Shown one piece after another: positions 37,740-50,830 of a stretch of DNA of 64,000 nucleotides. Within the stretch, counting starts at the first letter, position 1. Each line of letters begins with the position of its first letter. The notes beneath the pieces were generated by a model. The model was not told the DNA's origin. It saw only the letters and a program-made list of their open reading frames with translations, and searched no databases. Source of the DNA: Eremomyces bilateralis CBS 781.70 (lineage: Eukaryota); NCBI GenBank assembly GCA_010015585.1, contig ML975153.1, one strand, 5' to 3'. The translations under genes were made by a program, and so were the position numbers.

Positions 37740-40430
37740 GGTGAAGATCAGTCGAGCTGCACATATTCCATGGACTCATCCAACCTCTGGTAGCGATGGG
37801 TGTAAATCTGTGTTTGTAAATATACGACTTCGTGGCGTATCGATTGGGCCATATCCAGGTGCCCAGGTTCGGCACTGGCACAGTGTCACCGCGTATTTTC
37901 TGTTGCGTTTGTACTTAGCAATGCAGCCTGCAGTCCTGCACCATGCCGATTGTTGATCCATCATCCATGAAACAGCGTTTCGGTCATCACACGAATATGA
38001 AACAGAACAACCATTTCCTATAGGCGGTAGGGATGCAGCGCCCATGGCCTCAAGAAATGACGATGACCGTTGAGCCACCCGATCCGAACGGGACGCCCGC
38101 GTCGAAATTAACCCCTTTTCGATGCTCCCTCATTAAGATTTGGTTGCAGTCGAATGATTGTGCCCGCCATCCATGCATGGATGCCTTGATTGGAGACGGG
38201 CGCGAGCGAATGAGCCGCGATTAGCGGCCCCGTGTGGCATGGGACAAAACCTGTTCGAGCGCAACGATGGCATGCGGAACTGGCGATCGCGATCTTGCGG
38301 TCCTGAGAGCTAGAGAGGTTAAAACAGCCGATAATCTCCTTCGTTTCACATTGCCGTTCGGGATTGAGTAGCGATACCTATGATATGAGATATCGAAGCT
38401 GATCCGCTCTCCAGAGGACCTTCGCATTGCGAGTTTGCGACAGACAAACAAAGGGGAGGATATTGGGGTAGGGTTTAATTTATCCAGTAGTGCCGAGCCT
38501 GCGCAGTATCGATCCCCAGGAGGCCCGTGTGGTACAAACCATTGAAAGAATGAAAGGATGGAACCAAAGGATTTCAAGATTGGGACGGTGTCCCGCAATC
38601 TAAACCATCAACATGATATCTCCGCTGTCCGGCGTCCGCAATCACAATGATATCAACTTCGCATAGGTAGGGTGTTTGATGATTCCGCAATCCGGAATCC
38701 GATTTGGTGGATATCGCTCGGGGATTGTAGAAATTTAACATTGACAAAGGGGCACGACCTTCAACCTTCAATTGGAGTGAAACCAAGCAAGAGGTGGATG
38801 GACGGATGTACACAGAAGATGCAGTTGACACTTGACAGCTTCTCAACGTAATAGATCTTAGGTGGTACACTGTGACGGTATCCATGGCGTATCCAGTCAA
38901 AATGCTGCCCTCAAATCCGTCACTGGTATCACGATTTCACGACTCACGAGCAGCACGCCAGCACTGCATGGAATCCAGTCTCAAGAATAAAGAAAGCGTT
39001 CTGGATTTGAATGCTAATTCCCAATTCCCAAAAACCGACTTGGTTGCGTCATCCGCGGAATGGAATCGGCAGTGGTGGTGGGGAATGGAGACGATCCGAA
39101 GGAAATCAAGGAGCAGTGGCGTTCCCATTGGTTCTGGAACGAAGAGCCTGCATTGGGTTCTGCACCAATTGCCTAGCTGCAATGTTAGCTTGATGGATGT
39201 TGATAGAGAACTTTCGGTACATCGTTGAAGAATGAAGATGATGCGGGAAGTCCTGGATGATAGGTATCTAGGCGATAGCAGAATCATGTTCTATCGTGTG
39301 TGACTTGTGCAAGAGATGACCAGATAGAGCGAGTAGAATAATAGTGCGACCAGACTTTGATACCTTATCCAGTTGTTTCGTCCGAGGATGGTTGCGAATT
39401 TCCAGGGCTAGCGGATGGAACGTCGACGGGGACGCTCCTTTGTCCAATGGGTCGGTTTGTCAATCATAATTCACCCAAGACCATCATACATACCTTTGCG
39501 TTGATCTTTGTAAAGTTTGCATGAGTGGAGAGCCGATTCCCAGCGAACAGAGGCTCTTATCGCAACTCCCTCTAACTAACTAACTCCGAAGCGAACCCAA
39601 ACAAATGAACAACAAAGCGAACGGATGAGGCGCGAACTGGTGTAGAAGACTACCTAATCACTAAAAGACGACCGGCAGTCGGGTCACGTCCTTTAGGGGG
39701 GACTAGGGGGGACTAGGGGAGGAGACCCACGAGGTTTCAAGTTTTGGTGGGAAGGCAAATCACATTTGGTTAATGAAGTGCCGGGGGGTCAACTGGGGGC
39801 ATTTGGGGTAACTTGGGGACAAATTGGCGATTCGACCGCCCGTTCACTGTGTCGCACATGCCATCGGATGCCAACTATGCGCCGGCTCACCCCCTAATCG
39901 CCTGTTCAGTGTTGACTGTAGTGATGTCCTCCATGGCTCCATGGCTCCATCGCTATCATCAAGCTCTCCTAATTCTTGATCCACTCTTCCTCTTCTTCAA
40001 CTCTGCTTGGCTCTTCTTCTTCACCTGCCATTTGATCCCTTGGATTCTTCCTTCGGTTTTTGCGCTTTTCACCTGCCTGTCGTTTATCAACTTCATTTCC
40101 CTTCTCTCATCAGTCATCAGCCACGCACTTGACTCCTCCATTCGTTGAGGTCCGAGCGTGCTGTCTGTGTTTGAGTTGATCCTCCTTCATTCATCGTCTC
40201 TCGTTGCTCTTCCCTCCATTCGCTCCCAGCGTTCATTTGGCTTGCTTGCTCCTTTGCTTGCAACTCCCACTTCATCCGTGACTTTGTGCCATTTTCAACG
40301 GCCTCGTCGACGGAAACTTATATTAATCTTCCTCAGGTATGATGCACTTGGATGCAATTGAGTCGTGATTTGCCTGGTTGCTGATGACATTGTTCCAGAT
40401 ATCCATCTGTTCATCCTCACATCCCTCACC

Positions 40431-41765
40431 ATGCAAAAATACATTCTGGCTGCCCTCGCGGCCGCCGGCTCAGCCTACGGTACGTCGATTCTTCATTTTA
40501 ATTTGGCCTAAACCCTGGAGTCCGGGGGATGGGCGATATCACCCATAACACGTCGGAATACTGACTTCTCGCCAGCTGCTTGCAGTGCTTCGGCAACTCT
40601 CACCATCTCGAACGCCGCCGATGCTTCGGCCCTGGCGTCCTGCAAGACCTTCACCGGGAACATCGCCATCGCAACGGACACGGTCGATCCGATCAACATC
40701 CCCAGTGTTAGAACCATCCGAGGTGACCTGATCGCCAACAATGTGAGCACCATGAACCAGCTGGGCGCGGATAGCGTGGAAATCATCACCGGAACCTTCG
40801 GCCTCAACGACGTGCAAACCCTGAGCGTCTTGAGCTTCCCCAAATTGACTGCCGTCGAATCCATCATCTGGCAGGGCCTGCCGAACTTGAACGGCTTGAA
40901 CTTCGATGCGTCCGTCCAGCAAGCGTCCCGCGTGGATATTCAGAACACTTTCCTCGCATCGCTCAAGGGTATCAACCTGAAGATGGTGGACGAGCTTTAC
41001 CTGGCGAACAATGGCATGCTACAGGAAGTCGACCTCCAACTCGGCAACGTCTCCCACGCTCTGACCCTCGACAACAACGGAGACCGTCTCCAGGCTTCGT
41101 TCCCGAACCTGATTTGGGCTTACAACTTGACTTTCCGCACTGCTCCTAGTGTCTCCCTCCCTTCGCTGAAATATGTGAATGGATCCATGGGCTTCTATGA
41201 GACCGCGGTCTCGGAAATCTTCGCAGCCAACCTGACTCGCGTGGGAGGATCTTTCTCGCTCGAGGACAACCCGGAACTGTTCAACCTGTCGTTCCCGCTT
41301 CTCCAAACCATCGACGGTGGCTTCAGGCTCGCTGAGAACCCCAAGGTGGCCGATCTTACGGGCTTCCCCGCTCTCAAGAACATCGGTGGTGCCTTCAACG
41401 TTAGCGGCGAATTCGAATCGTGAGTGCCGGAATTCTTGTACTATTTGCCATTCCACTAACCTTTCGGCAGGGTTGCGCTCCCGTCTCTCGGCGACGTCCG
41501 TGGCGCTTTCTACATCGCCAGCACCGAGGATATTAAATCTGAGTGCGACAAATATAAGTCGGTCAACGGTCCCAACAAGATTATCAAGGGCAAGTTCACT
41601 TGCGAATCCAAGCCCACCGCGTCGAGCGGCGGCGGCAGCGGCGGCAGCTCTACCGGCTCCGGATCGGGCACCACCTCGAGCGGCTCTGCGGCCCTGTTGG
41701 ACGTCTCATCCACTGCCATGATGGGCTGGACGGGTTTCCTCGCCGCCATGCTCGGATTGCTCTGA
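40431..41765 (+). CDS. ECM33: GPI-anchored cell-wall organisation protein Ecm33 (introns ~40480-40576 and ~41420-41470; probable 5'UTR intron ~40337-40398)
   Basis: Signal peptide, receptor-L-like repeats (LSFPKLTAVESI.W..LPNL, FPNLIWAYNLTFR, SLPSL..VNGSMGFY, LSFPLLQTIDGGF), IKGKFTC, Ser/Gly stalk and hydrophobic GPI tail. Confidence 0.93.
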
Positions 41766-43684
41766 GCGGGTTAGACGCGACGTGGTGATTAGCAAGAATT
41801 CTTTTTAATGTCGAAGGTGAAAGCAAATCCTCTGCGCACCAACGGGAGATTTGAACCCCATCTTTCCGCTGGTGGCGGGTGCGGAGGCATTCTTTGTTTC
41901 GTGGTCGCGGTTCATGGCGGGAGCCCTATGCATACCGGCGAGTATTATTCTTGGCCGTTTGGAACCAGCGTGTATGTATCGATTCACATTTGACGGAAGG
42001 TCATTCAAAGGCAGTTCGAGTCTCTCATTCCCGGTGGTTCCAAAAGTTTCTCTATTCTCCGTACATTGGATCTTCCCCCGGTTGTGGCCCGCACGGAAGC
42101 CAAGCAGCGACGTAATTGTGGAGGAAACCGAACGCGAGCATCGTCTCGACCGAATTGGGTACGCTTGCGCTTCCCTGGTGTATGTGCGAGGCGACATCCG
42201 GGGAGGCATTCCACTCGAGAGTGATTATCATTGTTGTTCCCGCGTTTCCTCAGTTCCAGGTTAATACATAGATTCCGCATGGTTTTTGCTTCCCGTTTTG
42301 TAAATCGCTCAACCTGCACTCGCGACGCGGCCATATGTCCCTTGCACCCTGCCACAATGCCGAAGTCGTGCCCTTTCCGCCGTCATTTCCCTGCAAAGCT
42401 AAATGATCGCTGCAGTCATCCGAGTTGCCGCGAGGAGGGTGGCTGTTTACGCTCGCCCTGTGCGGTACCGTCCATATCCCCGTCCCTGTGGAACCATGTG
42501 TAGACACTGTGCGACCACTCCTGAGCGTTTCGTTTCGTGGTCGTCTTCCCCCCCGTCTCAACCGTCGCCTGCCCCTTCCCGGATCGTCGAAGGCGCTCGA
42601 CTGCTCGAGGCTTAGGTCGATCTGTCATCTATCGCATCTGGATCAGCGTGCAGGTTCATGTAGCTCCCGTCGCCGTCTTTGCCGTCCAATTCGTCCATGC
42701 CTGTGTCCAGATCGATTCCAGATCGATCGGCCATCGCCTTCCGCGTGACGGAGCTAAAAGCAAAAGCCCTTTACCTCCTCCTATCTACTTGCTGGCTTGC
42801 TGTCGATCCTCCCTACCACCATCACTCGTGCCTGGTCAACCGACTTGGAAAACTTTGGTTACTCAAACTTCCTCGATATGCACGGCACGTTCATGGTAAG
42901 TTGGGGGGGGAAGGGGGTGGGAGGTGGAGCCGCCGCAAACGTTGGACCGTTGAGAAGAAACGAAACACGACCGTTGCCCTCCACGACCTTTGCGCCGCCC
43001 GCCGTTCCTGGCCACGACCCCGAAAAACCCGCAAGAAAAAATGATTCCAGATGGGGTTCGGGGGTTCGTCGCTTGCGGTTCCTTGCATTGGGCAACGCTC
43101 ACAACCGTTTACCCGTTTGTGTCTTGCAGGACTGTCAACCAGAAATTGACCACTTTTACGGTTGCAATGTGTATCCCCTCCCCCCATGGCCCCCAGGCCC
43201 CTTCTCATGATATGCATCTCTCCCACGTCCCCTTTCTGCATGGGATGCCGTCGCGGAGACGCGGATCGACCTGCTCCTGGTCTGCAATGTCCAATCGTTT
43301 GTCGTCCTGTCGACGCTCTTGTACTTCGCATCAGCTGAAAGGCTGCAACACAAGCCGCTTTGGATCGCTGGTTTAGACCTCGACGTTACCCCCAACGTCG
43401 TTTTGGATACATCTGGGGAAGGCTGCTGTCAGACGCCGTGACCCGCCGTAGCCGTCAGTTGAGATGCCATGCAACGAGGCCGCTCGCGTTCAGAATTCAT
43501 ATACATTTGGTCGCCCCGTCTCACAGGTAAGATGGCCCTCTAGTTTTTCAATAGTTCCTACCGGCGGCATTCTTTGCTTTCGTTCCTGCTCGTGTCCCCT
43601 CTTGCTTTATATGTCGTTTCGTTCAGTTCTGCTTGAACAGCGTCCATCCGCTTTGTTCGTTCGCCTGGTCCCCTTGTTGTAAAG

Positions 43685-44689
43685 ATGGCGGCATATCCAC
43701 CACTTCCCCCGACTAATCTCCCCTCTCACCGTCCATACTCTCGTCTCCCCGACCTCATGACCCATAAGCCGGGGGGCTACACCATTCAACCTTTCACATC
43801 TCATGATCTCCCTCGCGCCGCTCCGCCGTCCGCTCGGGTTCCCCTCACCCCCGACTCGAGCTCCTGCTCGTCGCCGCGCTCTCGTCGGGGCTCAAACGAG
43901 GCAGATGATGGTGTCCATATGCCTCCTATGTCTAGCGGCGGTCCGTGGTTTCAAGGACCCCCTCACGCTCCATTCCCACCGTCACTACCATCCTTGCCGC
44001 CCATGCTTGATCGCTCTGGAGCCGTTCCTCGTCATCTGGTCCAGCAGCAGAGACTCTCCCCTCTCGACACGACGTCCGGGTACCTTGTCTGTCGGACTTC
44101 TCATTCCACCCTATCGCTTCGAGACGAGTCCGAGAGCATGTCCCCAGCCTCTCCGTCTACCAGCGTGCACACCTCCACCACGACCAGCGTCCGTTCCTCC
44201 CGCAAGCGCGGCCTCCCAAGCGAGTGCCATCCTCCCCGCAGCAAACGCAAGCGGCCCACCGACCTCGACGGCCCCTCCCCCCCCTGCCCAGGCGACGATG
44301 AGACCGACCCCGACGAGCCGACATCGGGCGAAAAGAAGCGGCTGAACGAGAAGCAGAACCGCCGCGAGCTGACAGACGCCATCGGCGGCATCCAGACCAC
44401 GCTGCTCGAGCAGGGCGTCCAGTTCGACATCGAGTCGCTCCAGAACCACAACCAGCGCACCAGCGGCCTACGGTTCAAGAAGGTCGAGACCCTCACCCGC
44501 GCCCACAAGGCGATCATCCAGGGCAGTCGGCTGGCGGAGGCGATCGAGGGGTTGAAAGATCAGGGGGACGCGAAGGGGGGCAAGGGGCCGTCGACGCTAC
44601 AGAGGCAGGCGTCATGGATGAGCGAGGAGCATGTCGATGACTTGATTCGGGTCATGCGAAGTCTGGCTGGGAAGACGCCGTCCGATTGA
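43685..44689 (+). CDS. Putative bHLH-like transcription factor, 334 aa
   Basis: Pro/Ser-rich low-complexity N-terminus, NLS-like RKRG and RSKRKR, basic/helix 1 KKRLNEKQNRRELTDAIGGIQTTL, helix 2 FKKVETLTRAHKAI. Confidence 0.65.
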   Translation: MAAYPPLPPTNLPSHRPYSRLPDLMTHKPGGYTIQPFTSHDLPRAAPPSARVPLTPDSSSCSSPRSRRGSNEADDGVHMPPMSSGGPWFQGPPHAPFPPSLPSLPPMLDRSGAVPRHLVQQQRLSPLDTTSGYLVCRTSHSTLSLRDESESMSPASPSTSVHTSTTTSVRSSRKRGLPSECHPPRSKRKRPTDLDGPSPPCPGDDETDPDEPTSGEKKRLNEKQNRRELTDAIGGIQTTLLEQGVQFDIESLQNHNQRTSGLRFKKVETLTRAHKAIIQGSRLAEAIEGLKDQGDAKGGKGPSTLQRQASWMSEEHVDDLIRVMRSLAGKTPSD

Positions 44690-45957
44690 TATATCACCTA
44701 TCTTGCACCGGTGTTCATAATGTCTCTTTTGTCTCCAAGCGAAGAACGATCCGACGCTCGGTACACCCATTCACCGTCCTTACATATCATGACCACTCCC
44801 CATTCCTTCATCTGCAGCAATATATCGCATGTATCCTTTAAACTAATGGGTGGCTATCTCTCGGTACGGGAACCTGGTTCGCAAAGCTATTGAGCGTTGG
44901 GACTTGTCTATTTTGGTTTTTTGCGGCTTGTATTAGCACCCAGCGGCGTCAAAAAGAAACGACGACTTGCAGGTTCATCCGGGAACCCGGATCCGAACTG
45001 TTTCGGTAAACTAGGTATCTAAATATAACGTAATTTTATACACTTCGCAATGTGCTTGTCCCTGTTCCTTAATCCTTTGCTGGAAGGATGGAGGGATCAG
45101 TGGCCGATATGCTAATGTATCTTCTGTTTATTATGTCGCCCCTGGGGAGTCCCAATCTCGTTGGATATGTAAACTGACTTGTGATTGCCTCTTTTGGACT
45201 AGAGTAGCGTTCCCGTTCGGGGTTAGTTCGCTTGGCCCTTTTTAACCCCTTCCAAAACTTTCAGGAAACATAAATACTTCTATCTTCTCTTATTCCTGAC
45301 ACACTTGGAGCTTGAAACAAAGCTCCAGGTGTGCCTTAGCACAGTTCCAGTGGAATGCCATCCCTTGCGGGAATGCACACTTGACAAGTACCAGAGGCAG
45401 GTCATAATTTGTGATGTCGTCTGGAGAACCGCCCGAGAGGGATTTACTAGCTTTTTTATATGTGAGGTTTGGCTCGCTAATCTAATCATCGCTCAATCAT
45501 TTAGAATGCAGCCCAACAGCTACTTTACGTCGCCGTAATCTTCGTTAAGTATTCTGCATTTGGAAGTCTATGGATAGCAGGGTATCGTTGTTGCTGTCGC
45601 TATCGCCGTTAATCTTTCCAGAGACCACTGAGACTAACCGTCTTTGACTACATTTTTCATCGTCAAAAATTTGGGCACCAGAAGCTTCTGATCGATATCA
45701 AGTTACGGTCAAGTCTCGTGCATGTCGATAGTGGCGGAAAATTAAAGATTAGTACGGATAAAGTATCATTCTATACAAATGCAAGGCGTGCGGCTTTTAG
45801 AAAGATAAGTACAAACTGGTAATCATTTTCAAAGTTCCCGTCAGTGATATAAACACCAGCCCACCAGGTGGGGTCGTGGGAAACCAAGATCAAACAAGAG
45901 GAGATCGAAAAGTAGTTCAGACGTAAGTAGTCCAACCTTGTTAACTCGTCTTCTATA

Positions 45958-47073
45958 TCACGTATGTCGGATTGTCATGCCTCCATCCACTGGTATTGTT
46001 GTACCATTCAGATATGACGAGGCAGGTAGGCAAATATTTACAGTCACTGTGAATAGCGCTAGATTAGAGAGTGATCGCAGTGGAGGGAACCATTCTTACT
46101 TTGGGCAACTTCTTCAGGATCGGCATAGCGTCGCATCGGTACTCTCCGCTTGGCATATGACTCTTTAAGTTCAGGCGAGATTCGTGCAGTCATATCGGTC
46201 TGTGTCAACAAGTCTCGTTAACGTTTTTTTTCTCACTCAGTACAAGCGCTCTCCTTACAATGATTGCACCTGGGCAGATTGTATTCACCTGCGAAGTATT
46301 ATAAGCATCAGATTACTCTCTCATTATCCTATACGGAACATTGATACAACTTACTGTGATGTTCTGGTATTTGCCGAGCTCGACAGCAAAGGATCGAGTC
46401 AACCCTGTCACCGCGGACTTGGTTGCACTATATGCAGCATTCCCTGGCCCTGTGACAAAATGTTCCGTACTCGCAATATTGACGATTCGCGCTGCGTCGC
46501 TCTTCAATAAAGCCGGCACGCATGCTCGAATAAAAATCACGAGAGCTGTGAGATTGATATCGACGGTCTTGTCCCAGCGAGTCTCAAATGATCCATCTTC
46601 GTCGAACGCCCCTCCACCGACAGAGATGCCAGCATTATTGACAAGGATCTGTAGGTTGGACCATATTATTAGACTAAATCGCAAAGAGAAGGGAAGGCAG
46701 TACGCACGTCAAGGCCACCGAATACCTCAATGACCTCTTTGCAAACTTGCTTGACCCTACTACGATCTGCCACATCGCAAACCCAGCCTTTTGCACATGT
46801 AGGATGAACAGCGTTGATCTCATCAACCACGGCCTTCACTCTACCTTCGTCCAAATCCAGGACCGCAACTTGTACGCCTTCATCAGCGAGTACTTTGGCA
46901 GTCTCTCTTCCCATTCCCGATCCCGCTCCAGTCACGATAGCTTTTCTGCCTCGAAGTGACCGCGATAGCTTGGTCAATCTTCCTGCCGGAGCTTTCACAT
47001 CGGACAGATGAGATCTGAGTATGTCTATTCTGTTGAGCGCCTTTTGCGCATATTTATCTGATGGTTTGGACAT
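45958..47073 (-). CDS. Short-chain dehydrogenase/reductase, 5 exons, with an N-terminal PTS2-like motif
   Basis: TGAGSGMG, ILVNNAG, IVNIAST, YSATK (intact catalytic motif), VNTICPG, RRYADPEEVAQM, GTTIPVDGGMTIRHT* (stop 45958-45960). Four canonical introns. Confidence 0.9.
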
Positions 47074-47691
47074 GGTTATAGCGTGTATGAAGATAGCGGA
47101 AGATGTAGAAACGAGATGGAGGCCTTAATGTGTAGAGGTGTGATAGGCGTGGCATTGGTTACGGTAGTTAAAGGACCTCGGTAAGCTTGAAATGTCCTGA
47201 GGGGTGCAGTTCCAGAGCCTAAGTCCATATATCAACAATGCTAACAAGCCGAGATATTTCGTAGTGTAAGAAGAGGATTCATGTTATTAAAGTATGACTT
47301 ACAACAAGGGTGGAGTCGTTTTAACGGTGGTCAAAATACTCTATATGTACTTCGGAGGTACGGCAGCGATCATAACAACTGTGAAGGCAACTAAATAACC
47401 CGGAGATCTTGATAATCAGCCTACCTATTATCTAATATGAGTTTTGATTCAACATACCCTCCAAACCAACAGCTTTTATGACAGTAACGCTGGCATACGT
47501 AATACCAATCAGCTATGTGCTGTTCGAGAATATGGCCTAGTTCATAGATATTCGAAACACACATCATGTCGACACCTTCGATGTCCTCTTAGGCATCAAA
47601 CGAAGGAGGTGTCTTAAGCTAGCCGGTGCGCCCTACAACATAATGTAGCATATTACGACCAGCTTTACACAGCAGTGCATAAAGTGCACTC

Positions 47692-49819
47692 TCACCATGA
47701 GAAAGCATCAACCTCCAGCTCCACTATCGTCTTCTCATGGCGTCCTAAACTGGCAACAATCGCACGTACATCATCACACAGTGAACCCGGCCCACACACA
47801 ACAACACCAACCTTCTTGTACCCAGCCGCGACCTCATGCCTTAGCAACGAATCAATATCCAACCGCTCGCCAATGCGGATCTCCTTGTCTGCAACACTAG
47901 CCAGCACGGTGTCCAGATCGCGCACGATAGGCTCGTCCGCTTGCTTAACGCCCCATGCAATCTTGACGTTGACGTGCGCGTGCAGGAAACTCAGCAGCCC
48001 GGTGATGCCGATGCCGCCACCGATAAGGACCAATCTATCACAGCTCAGCACGCCCTCGGTGGGGTTGTTCGGGTATGGGCCATCGAGAAGGGTGGGCAAG
48101 CTAGCGTCGCTCTGCAGGCTCCTGGTCATGCCGGTGGATCGGCGCACGTAGATGGTGATTCCGGCCGTGGTGCGCAGATCGCAGGAAACGGGTTTGACCT
48201 GGACCTTGACGTCCTGCTTGGCGTGCTGGTGGGGGGAGTCACCATGGAGGGAGTTGTTCGCGCTAGGGAGGCGATGCCATGCGGACTGTAATAGTGCCGT
48301 GGAGTTGACCGAGAAGGGGTGGTTTTCCCACGGCCGCAATGGGTTGACGGTAGGGAAGTAGGCGTAGCCATAGTAACCGGGCTTGCCGTTGAATCGAATC
48401 CCAGGAATATCGACGCGGACGTGGTTTGCGCCAATGTCAGTGACGGTAGCTCGTTTAACGCCGTTCTTAACGATATGATAGACACGCGCAAGACGGTCGA
48501 AGGCCCAGACGGCGAAGGCGGCGTACAACCAATACTCGTGGGAGCCGGGTTGGCCGAAGCGCAGAACAAGATGGTACCAGCTTCCGACAACGGTAAAGAC
48601 GGCCATAATAATGTGGCCGATAAGGAAGATCTCGTAGCTCCAGCGGCGTATCCAGAGGAGGCTAAAGACTAGCATAGCACAGCAAAAAACAGTGCCGACG
48701 ATTCCCCAGAGCCAGTAGGGCTCCTTTACGTCCTTTGCATACGTCCCGGTTTGAACCCTGGCTGCCCAAAGCAAAATTGAATGAAGGACAGTCTGGACAA
48801 CAAAGAGTCGCGCGACCCAACGATGAAGGAGGAGATAGGTCGAGTGTGACCAATTAGAGAGCCAGAGGAGAATATTGTTTCGTCCGGCGAAGAGAATAGT
48901 CAGAGGAAGGAGGGCAAACGCAATTTCGCCAGTGCGATATCCGACATAGGCCAGAATTTCTCCGCGCCAGTTATAGCCCCATGGATGTTTGCCGAGATTC
49001 AGAGGAGCGAGTAATCGATAATTCGTGCAGGTTAGGACGACATTGAGGATGATAAACATGGCAATGTACCAAAATTGCCCCAGGGTCGGTACGTTCCCAA
49101 GGAGCCAGGGAAGTGGACGAACCTGATAGCGTCCGATGATTGAAGGGTACACCAGGTAAGGATTGAGCTTCTCGATAATTGCTTCTATAATGGGAGTTTT
49201 GGAGAGGATGGTCGTGACGATGGGAGTGCCAAAGCCGACAACCAATAGTATGATTCTAACCCAGGTCGGTGACGGCTGTGAACACGGAAACATGTACTTA
49301 CGAGTACTTGTAGAGGTAGTGTGAATTTTGCTCCTGGATTTCAATCCAATTGACTTGAATATTGTAGTTGCTTTGTGGTACCAACATGGTGGTGTTGATG
49401 GTGCGACCGGATGCCCAGGTGATTTTTGGTGTACCGCGGATGTTTCCAAGTGTTGTATTGTAGGTCCATTTTGGGGGAGTTTTGAAATCTCCGGCGACTT
49501 GGGCGAACCAGTACTTCTCGATCTCCGCGTTGGAGACCTTGCATCGTGACTTGATACAATAAGCCAAAGTAGTCAAGAAACTAGTGTCCGCAGCCCGACA
49601 GGGTGCAGTCGTCACGGGGCCAGGGGCAGCGCCATGACTATGACCACCAGCATCCATGGCATGTCCCGATGGCATGGTACAGGTCAGGTTGGCCGAGCCG
49701 ATGACAGCGCGACAGGCGAAAGCGCAATATGGTGTTGACCAAGGCTGGGTGATGCCGTCCATGCCGGCGAAAACGGTGCCGGCGAGGCATAAAGGCCTGA
49801 AGAAAGAAGACAGCTTCAT
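47692..49819 (-). CDS. Ferric/cupric reductase transmembrane component (FRE family), one intron ~49257-49300
   Basis: Signal peptide and Cys-containing extracellular N-domain; AGRNN, heme-ligand His residues (LLHRW..R, LHS, YEIFLIGH, WYH), FAD motif ENHPFS, DGPY, NADPH motif IGGGIGIT, VVVCGPGSL.DDVR, C-terminal AFSW*. Confidence 0.93.
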
Positions 49820-50199
49820 GGTAAATTGGTAATGGATGCGGCTGGTGTAACTTGTGACTCGAGTTTGAGGGAATGAATGAAGTTTAATGCAACGGGAGGG
49901 ATTAGTCTTTCTCATATACACCCGATCGCGTGTCCGAACGCCCATTTTGTAAATGCGAGAAGCGTAACCTTGATTTGCGCTTAATCTGGTTTGGCCAGAG
50001 CGGTGGGCTTTCCATTTTCCAATGAACATGCACATCAGGACGGGATTTGCATGGCTGGGTTGGCATAAACTACTCGCTCAGCATCCACCATCAGCCAGTG
50101 ACAGACATGGACAGTCGAATTCATTTGCGCCTCGCGAGCATGGCACTTGAGCAAGTTTCTGCATTAGGCCAATGGTCCTCTAGGTTAGCTGCCCTTCCC

Positions 50200-50830
50200 C
50201 AACCGAGTTCTGGCTAGATAGCTCTTGAACCTTGACTCTCCGTAGGGCACCGGTGGAGCAAGAGAAAGAAAGAGGGCGTGATAAACTCCATACGAAAGGA
50301 TTGAGGTCCAAACAAGCATAAGCTACCAATAGTTTCGGTTTGTTGAACGGAAGTATCGCGCTGTTGTAGAATGTCTACAACATGGATGAGACGGGGATCA
50401 TTTTAAGTATGCTCGGTTCCCCCCAAGTCCGCGTAGGTATCAACTATTATAGACTGTAAGAAGTAAGAAGTAAGAACACAGGTTAGCCGTTAGATAAAAG
50501 AGGCTACCATATATTAGTAGATATTGGAGGATTCAGGTCACGTGATACATATGCATCCATGTATCCCAACGGTCGCTGCCTTCACCGAGTTCTGTCGCTC
50601 TCAAGGAAGTGTCTAAGTCTTCGTCTCAAGCCAGAAATAGTATAGATTCTATCAATAAAGTATCGCTGCTCCGTAGTTACTCTCTTGCTACTCGCCCGCT
50701 CATATCACGCTACTCCCCCATTGAAGGACGACGTGCGAACTTATAGAGGCGCACGGGTGTCAAGTGTACGATGGTGACTGCAATCGAGTGCATTTCCGCT
50801 GATTCTAGGCCTCTCCCTCCAATTCAATAG
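50200..50830 (+). mobile_element. Degenerate pogo/Fot1-type (Tc1/mariner superfamily, DDE_1) transposase fragments
   Basis: NVYNMDETGIILSMLGS at ~50370-50420 and KDDVRTYRGAR..K.TMVTAIECISAD.R.LPP at ~50724-50825, interrupted by stops and frameshifts. No TIRs found. Confidence 0.75.

Noticed and set aside
37800..39300. Chain of short minus-strand ORFs that could be a decayed gene
   Set aside because: No recognisable motif; cannot be supported without BLASTX.
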